64,000 nt of DNA from Planctomycetota bacterium (GTDB lineage: Bacteria; Planctomycetota; B15-G4; SIAN01), in contig JANNXA010000055.1 in assembly GCA_031409275.1 (NCBI GenBank), positions 352,001 through 416,000 of the forward strand. The letters are read 5' to 3'. Shown here piece after piece: positions 10,315-18,784 of this stretch; positions within the stretch are counted from its first letter, which is position 1; each line of letters opens with the position of its first letter. A program made the position numbers and the translations under genes. Below the pieces are notes generated by a model, which was not told the DNA's origin, searched no databases, and saw nothing but the letters and a program-made list of their open reading frames with translations.

Positions 10315-11367
10315 GTGAACGCTCCCGCCACGCTCCACACGCGCATCGTCGATGCCATGCCGTCGGCGCTCATCCGGCTCTTCGCGCGACCCTACGTCGC
10401 AGGCGACAGCCTCGCCGCTGGAATCGCGGTCGCGCAGCGGCTGCTGCGCAACGCCGGGCTGGTGACGACGCTCGACCTGCTGGCCGAAGAGGTGAGCAGC
10501 GAGGAGCGAGTTCGCGCCAATCGAGCGACCTACCTCGAGATGGTGCGCGCGGTGGCCGGCGAGCAGGCGTTTCGCGCGCCGCGCGATCGGCCGAGCCTGT
10601 CGGTGAAGCTCTCGTCGTTCACGACGGCGCCACTCGACAAAGGCGGTGATGGCCGCGGCTGCCAGGAAGCGATCGAGGAGATCGCAGCGGAAGCGAAGCG
10701 GCTCGGCGTGCCGCTGACCATCGACATGGAAGATCGCCACTGGACCGATTTCACTCTGACGACGGCGATCGGCCTCGCGCGACGCGGCTTCGACGTTGGC
10801 ACGGTCTTGCAGACGCGACTGCATCGCACCGAATCGGACCTCGCCGCCATCCCGGAAGGGATGCGCGTGCGCATGGTGATCGGCATCTACCTCGAGCCGC
10901 CCGACGTCGCGCTGACCGAGAAGCCGGCGATGAAGGAGCGACTGCTCGCGCAGTCCGCGCGCCTGCTCGATCGCGGCGTCTATGTCGAACTCGCCAGCCA
11001 CGACGAAGTGATCACTCGCCGCTTCCTGCGCGACGTGATCGGGCCGCGAAGGCTCGGCGGCGAACGCTACGAAGTGCAGATGCTCTACGGCGTGCCGCGC
11101 GCCCAGTTGCTGAGCGAGATCCTGGCCGGGAAACTGACGCCGGTCGATCGCAGCCCGCCGCTCTGCCGCCTCTACGTGCCGTTCGCAACGGCCTGGGATC
11201 AGGCCACCGCCTACTGCCGGCGCCGCCTGCGCAACAACCCCAACATGGCGACTTATGTTGCTTTGAACCTCCTGCAGAGCCTGCGCGGTCGGAATGCCGG
11301 GATCTCGCAGTACGAGACGGCGGTGGCGCACCTGCGGCGAAACGACCCCGATCCGCGAACGCATTGA
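10315..11367 (+). CDS. Monofunctional proline dehydrogenase
   Basis: ARPYVAG, SVKLS, TIDME, GTVLQ, ASHD, QMLYGV, RLYVPF, YCRRRL. GTG start after GAGGA. Confidence 0.88.
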   Translation: MNAPATLHTRIVDAMPSALIRLFARPYVAGDSLAAGIAVAQRLLRNAGLVTTLDLLAEEVSSEERVRANRATYLEMVRAVAGEQAFRAPRDRPSLSVKLSSFTTAPLDKGGDGRGCQEAIEEIAAEAKRLGVPLTIDMEDRHWTDFTLTTAIGLARRGFDVGTVLQTRLHRTESDLAAIPEGMRVRMVIGIYLEPPDVALTEKPAMKERLLAQSARLLDRGVYVELASHDEVITRRFLRDVIGPRRLGGERYEVQMLYGVPRAQLLSEILAGKLTPVDRSPPLCRLYVPFATAWDQATAYCRRRLRNNPNMATYVALNLLQSLRGRNAGISQYETAVAHLRRNDPDPRTH

Positions 11368-11391
11368 CACTTCGACGCCCGCCGTTAGCGT
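11364..11391 (+). promoter_or_regulatory. Candidate sigma70-type promoter
   Basis: TTGACA (11364-11369), 16-nt spacer, TAGCGT (11386-11391), upstream of the 11602 gene. Confidence 0.5.
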
Positions 11392-11601
11392 GCGCGCCAC
11401 TGTTCTGAGCGGCATCCGCCTATTCATCTGCCATTGTCGAGACGCTGCTCGAACTTGATTCACCCCGTACCCGGGATGCGCCGGTCACGGTGAATCACCG
11501 TTTCTTCTCGAATCCGCCCAGCGGGGTCGTGCACTGCGCGTCCTGCCGATCACGGCAGAAGCTCCGCAGAGCATCGGGGCGGTCTTTGCATTCGATGGGA
11601 G

Positions 11602-12246
11602 TTGCTGGTGATGATGGACGAGGTCGAGTTCGTGACGACCGCCCCCGCGGTCGTCGACGCGTCCGTTGCTGCTGGGCGCAGCAAGTGGAGTCCGGCGGAG
11701 TTGGCGGCGACCCTGGTCGATGCGTCGACTCACGTGCGCTTCTTGCTGAAGGAACTGGTCGGCGGTGGCGATGTCGCGACCCACGAATTGAAGAGTCGAC
11801 CGGTGGCCTACGCGCAGGTGCAGCGCATCTGCAGTTCCCGCTTGAAGGAACCGCTGGTGCTGGCGACGCTGCGCGGCGTCACCAAGTGCTACCGCCTCCA
11901 TCCCGACTACGCCGCCACGGTGGCGGACCTCGTCGCTGACGCCTCCGCGCCGCCGCCGAGCGTCCCCAAGCCCCCAGGGGAACGCAAGCCGCGCCAGATG
12001 CGGCGAGCGCAGCAGGGATCGGCACTCGATGGGATCGCCGATTCGCGCGGCAGCTCTTTGGCCATCGCCGGTGCCGCGCCGATCCGTCGCGTCACCCAGG
12101 GACAGTCGGGACGCATGCTGACCATTCCCGCCGAGATCTCGATCGACTTCTGCAAGGCGCTGCTCGGCTTCGTCAACGCGACCGCCAACGGCACGCGCTA
12201 CCGAATCATCATGGAAGACGACGGCTACCGCCTCGAAGCGTGCTGA
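11602..12246 (+). CDS. Hypothetical protein, possible DNA-binding regulator (wHTH-like N-terminus, AbrB-like C-terminus)
   Basis: Clean ORF with normal codon use; true start likely 11608 or 11611. IRRVTQGQSGRMLTIPAEI resembles an AbrB/MazE swapped hairpin. Confidence 0.55.
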   Translation: MLVMMDEVEFVTTAPAVVDASVAAGRSKWSPAELAATLVDASTHVRFLLKELVGGGDVATHELKSRPVAYAQVQRICSSRLKEPLVLATLRGVTKCYRLHPDYAATVADLVADASAPPPSVPKPPGERKPRQMRRAQQGSALDGIADSRGSSLAIAGAAPIRRVTQGQSGRMLTIPAEISIDFCKALLGFVNATANGTRYRIIMEDDGYRLEAC

Positions 12247-12293
12247 ACGTCTTCCGCGGTCCCGGCTTCACGGCTGGGACCGCGACGCGCCGT

Positions 12294-13520
12294 TCAACCG
12301 CCGTCGGTCGGCGACAGGTTCGCATCGAGTGCCGTCGCACACGCGGGCGCAACGTCATCGTCGAGCGAGTCGAGATAGCCGGGCGGCAGCGCGACCCGCT
12401 GCGTGCCGCTCTTCTTGCAACGTCGCGCACGGATCGCGCCGAGCGGATAGGCGAGCGTGCGATCGAGCCCGACGAGGATCGCGTCGACCTCTTCGAGCGA
12501 GCTGGCACGGAACAGGTCGTTGCGCGCCGGACCGCTGTTGCGAAAGCCCTTCAGGTACCAGCCGCACCACTTGCGCATCTCGAGGACGCCCGAGCGCGCG
12601 CCGAACAGCTCGATCAGCAGCTCGGCATGCCGATGGAGGATGTCGATCACGCCACCGAGGTCGGGCGGCGTGGGCGGCTGGCGGCCGGCGAATGCATCGG
12701 CAAGTTCGCGGAAGAGCCACGGTCGCCCGAGGCACCCGCGACCGACGATGACGCCGTCGCAGCGCGTCTGGCGCATCATCGTGAGCGCATCGCTGGCGTC
12801 GTAGATATCGCCGTTGCCGAGCACTTGGATTCCCGGCGTGGCGCTCTTGAGTTCGCCAATCGCGGTCCAACGTGCCTGCCCGTCATAGAGCTGCGCGGCG
12901 GTGCGCGCGTGCAGGCCGATGGCGACGCACCCCTCCTCGCGCGCGACGCGCCCCGACGAGAGGTAGGAGAGGTGGTCGTCGTCGATGCCGAGTCGCACCT
13001 TGACCGTGACCGGCACGTCGCCGGCGGCCTTCACCACCGCTCCGACCAGCTTCGCCATCAGCCGCGGCTTGATCGGGATCGCGGCGCCGCCGCCTTGCGA
13101 AGTGACCTTGCGCACCGGGCAGCCGAAGTTGAGGTCGAGGTGGTCGACCGCCCCTTCGCCCACCAGGAGCCGCGTCGCCTCGCCGAGGTAGCGCGGGTCC
13201 GCGCCGTAGAGCTGCAACGAGCGGGGCGACTCCTCCGGGTGGAACGCCGCGAGCTGCCGGGTCTTCTGATGCCCCTCCACGAGACCGCGGGCGATGATCA
13301 TCTCGCTGACGTAGAGCCCGGCACCGAAGCCGCGGCAAAGCCGGCGATAGGCTTGGTTGGTGACGCCGGCCATCGGCGCGAGCACGACGGGCGGGTCGAC
13401 GCGAAAACGCCGGTAGTCGAGCGGCGCGAACTCCCCTGGCGCGGCGGGCACCAACGACGTCTGGCCGGCGAGTTCGTCGCCGCTATCGTCCGCGTCCACC
13501 CTGGGGAGGGTTGAATCCAT
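12294..13520 (-). CDS. dusB: tRNA-dihydrouridine synthase DusB
   Basis: LAPMAGVT, QLYG, DLNFGCP, TVKVRLG, HART, GNGDI, GRGCLGRPWLF. Start uncertain (13520 or about 13451-13454). Confidence 0.92.
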   Translation of the reverse strand: MDSTLPRVDADDSGDELAGQTSLVPAAPGEFAPLDYRRFRVDPPVVLAPMAGVTNQAYRRLCRGFGAGLYVSEMIIARGLVEGHQKTRQLAAFHPEESPRSLQLYGADPRYLGEATRLLVGEGAVDHLDLNFGCPVRKVTSQGGGAAIPIKPRLMAKLVGAVVKAAGDVPVTVKVRLGIDDDHLSYLSSGRVAREEGCVAIGLHARTAAQLYDGQARWTAIGELKSATPGIQVLGNGDIYDASDALTMMRQTRCDGVIVGRGCLGRPWLFRELADAFAGRQPPTPPDLGGVIDILHRHAELLIELFGARSGVLEMRKWCGWYLKGFRNSGPARNDLFRASSLEEVDAILVGLDRTLAYPLGAIRARRCKKSGTQRVALPPGYLDSLDDDVAPACATALDANLSPTDGG

Positions 13521-13962
13521 GCGTTCCTTCATTCGTTCGCTCGTGATCGCGTGCCTGGTGGCTCCAGCGATCAGCTGCACCGGTCCGCTCGTCGCCGTCC
13601 GCGAGGAGCACCATCCGAAGGGTGGACAGTATCTCGTCTCGGCGACGATCGACGAGTGGCCCGGCGGCTTCTATTCGACCGCCATCACCATCCGCAATCG
13701 CAGCACGAAGACGCTGCGCCTCAACCCCGGCCTCTTCCGTCTCGAAGGAACGCCGCCGACCGGTTTCGTGGCCGCCGGCCCCATGGTCCTCTTCTTCGGC
13801 GAACAGGGCTACCAGATGCCCGACGCGATCGCCGCCAACAGCTCCGTCCAGGGCGAGGTCTTCTTCGAGATCCGAGGCTCCAACGTGCCGCTCGGGCCGG
13901 TGCGGCTGTTCGTGACGCTGCCGGACGGCGATCACTCCTTCGAGTTCGACCTGCTTCAGTAG
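13519..13962 (+). CDS. Hypothetical lipoprotein (Ig-like, DUF4352-like)
   Basis: GGGAGG RBS; signal peptide ending AISC; beta-rich ITIRNRS...LNP...GEVFF. Confidence 0.7.
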   Translation: MRSFIRSLVIACLVAPAISCTGPLVAVREEHHPKGGQYLVSATIDEWPGGFYSTAITIRNRSTKTLRLNPGLFRLEGTPPTGFVAAGPMVLFFGEQGYQMPDAIAANSSVQGEVFFEIRGSNVPLGPVRLFVTLPDGDHSFEFDLLQ

Positions 13963-13965
13963 CGC

Positions 13966-14964
13966 CTACCACTCCTGCTCGGCCTTGAGCTGCCGCCCCA
14001 TCAGGTCGCGCACCGCGCGCGATGGATCCTTGTCAGCGTGGAGCACGGCGTAGACCTGTTCGCAGATCGGCATCTCGACCTTGAGCTTCGCCGCGAGCGC
14101 GTGGACCGCTGACGAGGTCTTCACGCCTTCCGCGACCTGCTTCATCGATTGCACGATGTCGGCCACCTTCTCGCCGCGACCGACGCGGATGCCGACCGCG
14201 CGATTGCGGCCGTGCGGCGAGATGCACGACGTGATGAGGTCGCCGATTCCGGCCAGCCCGAACATCGTCTCGCGCTCCGCGCCCAGCGCGACGCTGAGGC
14301 GCGCCATCTCGACGACGCCGCGCGTGAGCAGCGCCGCTTTGGTGTTGTCGCCGAATCCCAGCCCATCGACGATGCCGCCCGCGATCGCGATCACGTTTTT
14401 CAACGCGCCGCCGAGCTCCACCCCGAGCGGGTCGCCGCTCGTGTAGACGCGGAAGCGCTCGGTGTTGAGGAGGTCTTGGATCCGCAGCGCGTGGCCGCGA
14501 TCGGCGGAGGCTGCGACGACCGTCGTCGGCATCCGTCGCGCCACCTCTTCGGCGTGGCTCGGCCCGCTCACCACCACCACCGGCACGTCGCCGAGGACTT
14601 CCCGCATGATCTGGGTCGGGCGGGCGAGCGTCTCCTGCTCGATCCCTTTGGTCGCGGTCACGAAGAGGCGACGCTTCGCGGTCAGCGGTTGCTGGTAGGT
14701 CGTCAGCATCGCGCGCAGGTACTGGCTTGGCACCACCGAGAAGACTGCGCCGTCGCCCGCCAGCGCTTGCGGATCGCTGGTGATCTCGATGCGGTCGGGC
14801 AGCTCGATCCCGGGCAAGTAGCGCGAGTTGCGGCGCGACGTCGCCATCTCGGCGCCGTAGGCCGCGTCGTGCACGAAGATGCGCACCGCGACGCCGCGCT
14901 CGTTGAGGACGAGGGCAAGCGCGGTCCCCCAACCGCCACCGCCGATGACCAGGGCGCGTTCCAT
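13966..14964 (-). CDS. gpsA: NAD(P)H-dependent glycerol-3-phosphate dehydrogenase
   Basis: GGGGWGTALA, TKGIE, SGPSHAEEV, GGALKNVIAIA, GDLITSC, GRNR, AEGV. Confidence 0.96.
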   Translation of the reverse strand: MERALVIGGGGWGTALALVLNERGVAVRIFVHDAAYGAEMATSRRNSRYLPGIELPDRIEITSDPQALAGDGAVFSVVPSQYLRAMLTTYQQPLTAKRRLFVTATKGIEQETLARPTQIMREVLGDVPVVVVSGPSHAEEVARRMPTTVVAASADRGHALRIQDLLNTERFRVYTSGDPLGVELGGALKNVIAIAGGIVDGLGFGDNTKAALLTRGVVEMARLSVALGAERETMFGLAGIGDLITSCISPHGRNRAVGIRVGRGEKVADIVQSMKQVAEGVKTSSAVHALAAKLKVEMPICEQVYAVLHADKDPSRAVRDLMGRQLKAEQEW

Positions 14965-14989
14965 GGCTGCGAGCCTCCCGAAGGGATGG

Positions 14990-15616
14990 TCAGGACTGCG
15001 GCCGACCGGCGCGCGACTCCTCGCCGCGCAGCAGTCGTCCGATGTTGCTTCGATGACGAATCAAGATCAGCAAGCCGACCGCGCTGGCGGCGATCTGCAC
15101 GGCACGCTCGACCTCGATGCCAGCGAAGCGCGGCAGGAGGAAGCAGCTCGTGGGAAGCACCAGCGCGGCGACCAGCGACGCCAGCGAGACGTAGCGCGTC
15201 GGCAGGAAGACCGCGAGCCAGGCGACCAGCGCGATCAGCGCAGGCAACGGCGCCGAGGCCGCAAAAACCCCCGCCGCCGTCGCCACGCCCTTGCCGCCGC
15301 GGAAACGCAGGAAGAGCGGGAAGACGTGGCCGACGATCGCAGCCACCCCCGCCAGCAGTCCGAACGTCGCCGGCGCAAGCGTGCCGGAACCGAAGTGCTG
15401 CGCAGCGACGACCGGCGCGCACCCCTTGGCGAAGTCGAGCACGAACACCAGGAAGAAGAAGCGCCGCCCCAGCACCCGCCCGGCGTTGGTCGCGCCGATG
15501 TTGCGGCTGCCGTGCTCACGCAGATCGACCCCACGCAGGCGCCCGACGTAGAGGCCGATCGGCAGCGACCCGACGAGGTAGCCCGAGAGCAACAGGAGTG
15601 GATCGGTAGCGGTCAT
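14990..15616 (-). CDS. plsY: Glycerol-3-phosphate acyltransferase PlsY
   Basis: YLVGSLP, GSRNIGATNAGR, DFAKG, GHVFP, GGKGVAT, RHRSNI. Adjacent to gpsA. Confidence 0.95.
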   Translation of the reverse strand: MTATDPLLLLSGYLVGSLPIGLYVGRLRGVDLREHGSRNIGATNAGRVLGRRFFFLVFVLDFAKGCAPVVAAQHFGSGTLAPATFGLLAGVAAIVGHVFPLFLRFRGGKGVATAAGVFAASAPLPALIALVAWLAVFLPTRYVSLASLVAALVLPTSCFLLPRFAGIEVERAVQIAASAVGLLILIRHRSNIGRLLRGEESRAGRPQS

Positions 15617-15733
15617 GCGCCTCGCTTGGAAAAGGGCGGCGAGCATACGGTTGCGTCGCGGCCATCGCGCGTTGCCGGGCCGCACGACGAGCGCCGGGCT
15701 ACCATGCGCGCCCCTTCCTGGAGCCCGCGATCC

Positions 15734-16732
15734 ATGCCCGCCACCCCGTTGCTCTTCGTTGGCCTCGGCCCGATCGGCCGTTCGACCCTCGGCTGCGCGC
15801 TCGCCCGGCGCGGCTTGAAGGTGGTGGCCGCCTGCGACGCCGATCCCGCGCTCACCGGCAAGCGCCTCTCCGAGCTCGTCGCGGGCGCGCCGAAGTCGGT
15901 GAAGGTCGTGGCCACCCTCGCCGCGCTGCCGCGCCTGCCGCGCGGGACGGTCGCGATCGTCTGCACCAGCTCCTCGCTCTCCGCCACGGCCGCGACCTTC
16001 CGTGCGTTGCTCGCGAAAGGCATCCACGTGGTGTCGAGCTGCGAAGAGCTGGTCTTCCCATTCCTGCGCCAACCGCGACTCGCCAAGGAGCTCGACCTTC
16101 TCGCCAAGAAGAAGAAGGTCGCGCTGCTCGGCACCGGCGTCAATCCGGGCTTCGTCCTCGATCTGCTGCCGGCGGCGCTGAGCGGCGCCTGCCTGAGCGT
16201 GACTGGCGTGCGCGCCCACCGCGTCGTCGATGCCGCGACGCGGCGCGGTCCGCTGCAGCGCAAGGTCGGCGCCGGCCGGAGCATCACCGAGTTCCGGGCG
16301 GAAGCGTCGGCGGGCCGGTTGGGCCACGTCGGACTGCCGGAGTCGGCGCAGCTCCTGTGTCGGGTGCTCTGCTTCGGCAAACCGGCGATCGAAGAGACGC
16401 TGAAGCCGGTCGTCGCCACCGCGACGATCGAGACGCCATTCGTGCGCGTCGAGGCCGGCCAGGTCGCTGGCATCGACCACCGGCTCGTGGCCGTCGCGCC
16501 GCGCGGCCGCGTCGAGCTCCATCTGCAGATGTACGTCGGCGCCCCCGACCCGCGCGACACGATCTGCATCGATGGCGAGCCAGCGCTGCAGCTCACCATC
16601 GGCGGCGGCACACCGGGCGACCTCGCCACCGTCGCCGCGTTGCTCAACGCCGCGCCGGCGCTCGCTTCCGCGGCACCCGGCCTGCGCACCGTGATGGAGG
16701 GGCCGTTCCCGCTTTGCCGCGCGCTCTCGTAG
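15734..16732 (+). CDS. Dihydrodipicolinate reductase-like / 2,4-diaminopentanoate dehydrogenase-family oxidoreductase
   Basis: GLGPIG Rossmann motif, SSCEEL, GTGVNPGF, RRGPLQRKVGAG, GHVGLPES, GDLAT. Confidence 0.8.
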   Translation: MPATPLLFVGLGPIGRSTLGCALARRGLKVVAACDADPALTGKRLSELVAGAPKSVKVVATLAALPRLPRGTVAIVCTSSSLSATAATFRALLAKGIHVVSSCEELVFPFLRQPRLAKELDLLAKKKKVALLGTGVNPGFVLDLLPAALSGACLSVTGVRAHRVVDAATRRGPLQRKVGAGRSITEFRAEASAGRLGHVGLPESAQLLCRVLCFGKPAIEETLKPVVATATIETPFVRVEAGQVAGIDHRLVAVAPRGRVELHLQMYVGAPDPRDTICIDGEPALQLTIGGGTPGDLATVAALLNAAPALASAAPGLRTVMEGPFPLCRALS

Positions 16733-16738
16733 CCACGG

Positions 16739-18622
16739 TCAACGCTTCGCCGCAAGCCGCAGCAGTCCGCGGCTGGCATCGAGCGACAGGTCGAAGTGCT
16801 CGAGGAAGTTGAGGCCGATCAACGCCTCTCCGCCCCCGTCGTCCTGCAGCGGAAGGACGACGGCCTCGACTTCGGTGACGCGCGCGCCTTGCAGGTCGAT
16901 GCTCTCGAGCAGCACCACCGGTGCCTCGAGGCGCCCGCTCGCCGTGGTCACCGTGACGCGCCGAAGCGGTCGCTTCCGATCGACCTTCAGGCGATCCGCG
17001 AGTCCTTCGCTGATGGCGGTGAGCGAAGCGCCGGTGTCGACGATCACCAGCGCCTCGACGCGATCGCCGAATCGAGCGCTCGCGCGGATCGCGCCGCCGG
17101 CTCGATCGAATCGGATCTCCACCGCATCTCCGTCGTCCGCGACCGCCACCGGAGCCAACGAGGCGAGCAGCGCGGCGAGCGACTCCGCCTGCCGCTGATC
17201 GAGGCTCGCCACCTTCTCGAGCACGATGCGCGCGCGATTGCGATCGCCGAACTCGTAGTACGCGAATCCGAGCGACTGCAACAGCTGCGGTTCTTCGCGA
17301 AAACGCTGCAGCCCCTCTTCGAGCAGGGCGATGGCGTCGGCAGGGCGTCGCTGCGCGCGCGCCGCCTCGCCAGCATGCAGGTAGGCGCTTCGCAAGGCGT
17401 CGACGAGCGGACCGTCGCTGGCGCCGGAGATGCGAGCGGCATCGACGAAATAGGGCAGCGCCCGCTCGGCTGCGCCCTCGTCGAGCAACGCCAGCGCGAA
17501 CGCGTGCAGGATGCGTGGCTCGCGGTCGAAACGGCGCGCCGCGCGATCCAGCGACTCGAGCAGGCCGGCCACCGCGTCGCGCGCTCGCGCGCCGCGCAAC
17601 GCCAGCTCGACCACCGCCGTCACGGGCCGAACCAGGACTTCGCGCAGCCCAGGGTCGAGATCGAGTGCCGCGAGGTAGCGCTCGAGCGATGCGTCGTAGT
17701 GGCCGCCAGCGGCGTACCACGTGGCGAGCGCGCGCTGCGCGACCGGATCGCGCGCGAACAACGACTCCTGCATCGCCGTTAGCTCGACTGGGCGAGCACG
17801 CCCCTGCCGCTCGATCACGCCGGCGATCGTCACGACCGTCGCACGCCCTTCGACCGTCGCCCGCGCGAGCCCGACCAGACGACCGCGCGCATCGCAAAGG
17901 AATCGCTGCTCGAGCGGAGCGTCGCTCGTGACGACGAGCAGGCGATCGCGTTCGTCACGCTCGACCACGGAGGCGATCGTTCCCGCGCCCGTCGCGCCGC
18001 CGCCCGCAAGTTCGAGCGGCGTGCCAATCGGCAGCTCGCTCCATGGCGCCAACGTCGCGCGGAGATCGACTGGCGCCGGCGCTTCGAAACAGGCGAGGTC
18101 GTTGCCATCGACGGTGAGGAGCTGCGTGGGCGGCTCCCCTTCGAGTTCGACCGCCCCGACCCACGCCGCCAACGGTGTGATCCACAGGGCGCGCGTCCCG
18201 TCGTCGACCACGAACCCCTCGATCGACCGCAACCGGCGACCGGCCGCATCGCGGCTGAAATGGGGCACTGCGACGAGCGGCGCGCGCGGCGCTTCGATGG
18301 CCGCCGCATCCGGTGGCGCTGGGAGGGAACTTTTGTCGGCGGGTTCGACGTCCAACGCGGCCGTGGACGACGGCGTCGCAGGCGCGGCGGGCGGCCTCCT
18401 CTGGGCAGAGGTCGCATCGAGAGCACGTTCCGAAGCCGTGCTCGAACCGACGCGCCACGCCGCGGCCGCCGCCAGGACGACGACCGCACTCATCGCGACC
18501 GTCCAGCGCGTCCGGCGCCGACGCGCCGCCGGCGTCAGAAACGACGTGCCGCAGGCACTGCAACGGCGCGCCCCGATCGGGAGTGCCGTCAAGCACGAGG
18601 GGCAGCGGCTGGAGAAGTTCAT
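16739..18622 (-). CDS. Membrane-anchored Zn-ribbon / degenerate trypsin-like / TPR / retropepsin-like aspartyl protease
   Basis: N-terminal CPSC...CSAC, a TM helix, TPR helices, and C-terminal IVDTGASLTAIS and LIGLNFL (clan AA). Confidence 0.82.
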   Translation of the reverse strand: MNFSSRCPSCLTALPIGARRCSACGTSFLTPAARRRRTRWTVAMSAVVVLAAAAAWRVGSSTASERALDATSAQRRPPAAPATPSSTAALDVEPADKSSLPAPPDAAAIEAPRAPLVAVPHFSRDAAGRRLRSIEGFVVDDGTRALWITPLAAWVGAVELEGEPPTQLLTVDGNDLACFEAPAPVDLRATLAPWSELPIGTPLELAGGGATGAGTIASVVERDERDRLLVVTSDAPLEQRFLCDARGRLVGLARATVEGRATVVTIAGVIERQGRARPVELTAMQESLFARDPVAQRALATWYAAGGHYDASLERYLAALDLDPGLREVLVRPVTAVVELALRGARARDAVAGLLESLDRAARRFDREPRILHAFALALLDEGAAERALPYFVDAARISGASDGPLVDALRSAYLHAGEAARAQRRPADAIALLEEGLQRFREEPQLLQSLGFAYYEFGDRNRARIVLEKVASLDQRQAESLAALLASLAPVAVADDGDAVEIRFDRAGGAIRASARFGDRVEALVIVDTGASLTAISEGLADRLKVDRKRPLRRVTVTTASGRLEAPVVLLESIDLQGARVTEVEAVVLPLQDDGGGEALIGLNFLEHFDLSLDASRGLLRLAAKR

Positions 18623-18784
18623 GCGGAGGTTTCTTCCCGCCGACACTCGAAGAGCGCCACGTCAGGCCGGCCGCGGTCGTCGCGCGGCCGAAGGTACACT
18701 CCGCCGGCCCGCGCGAACCGTGACGGATGACTGATCCGAATCGGCCAGCGGCACGGCCCGGTGCTTGAAAGGACCCCCTCCTCC

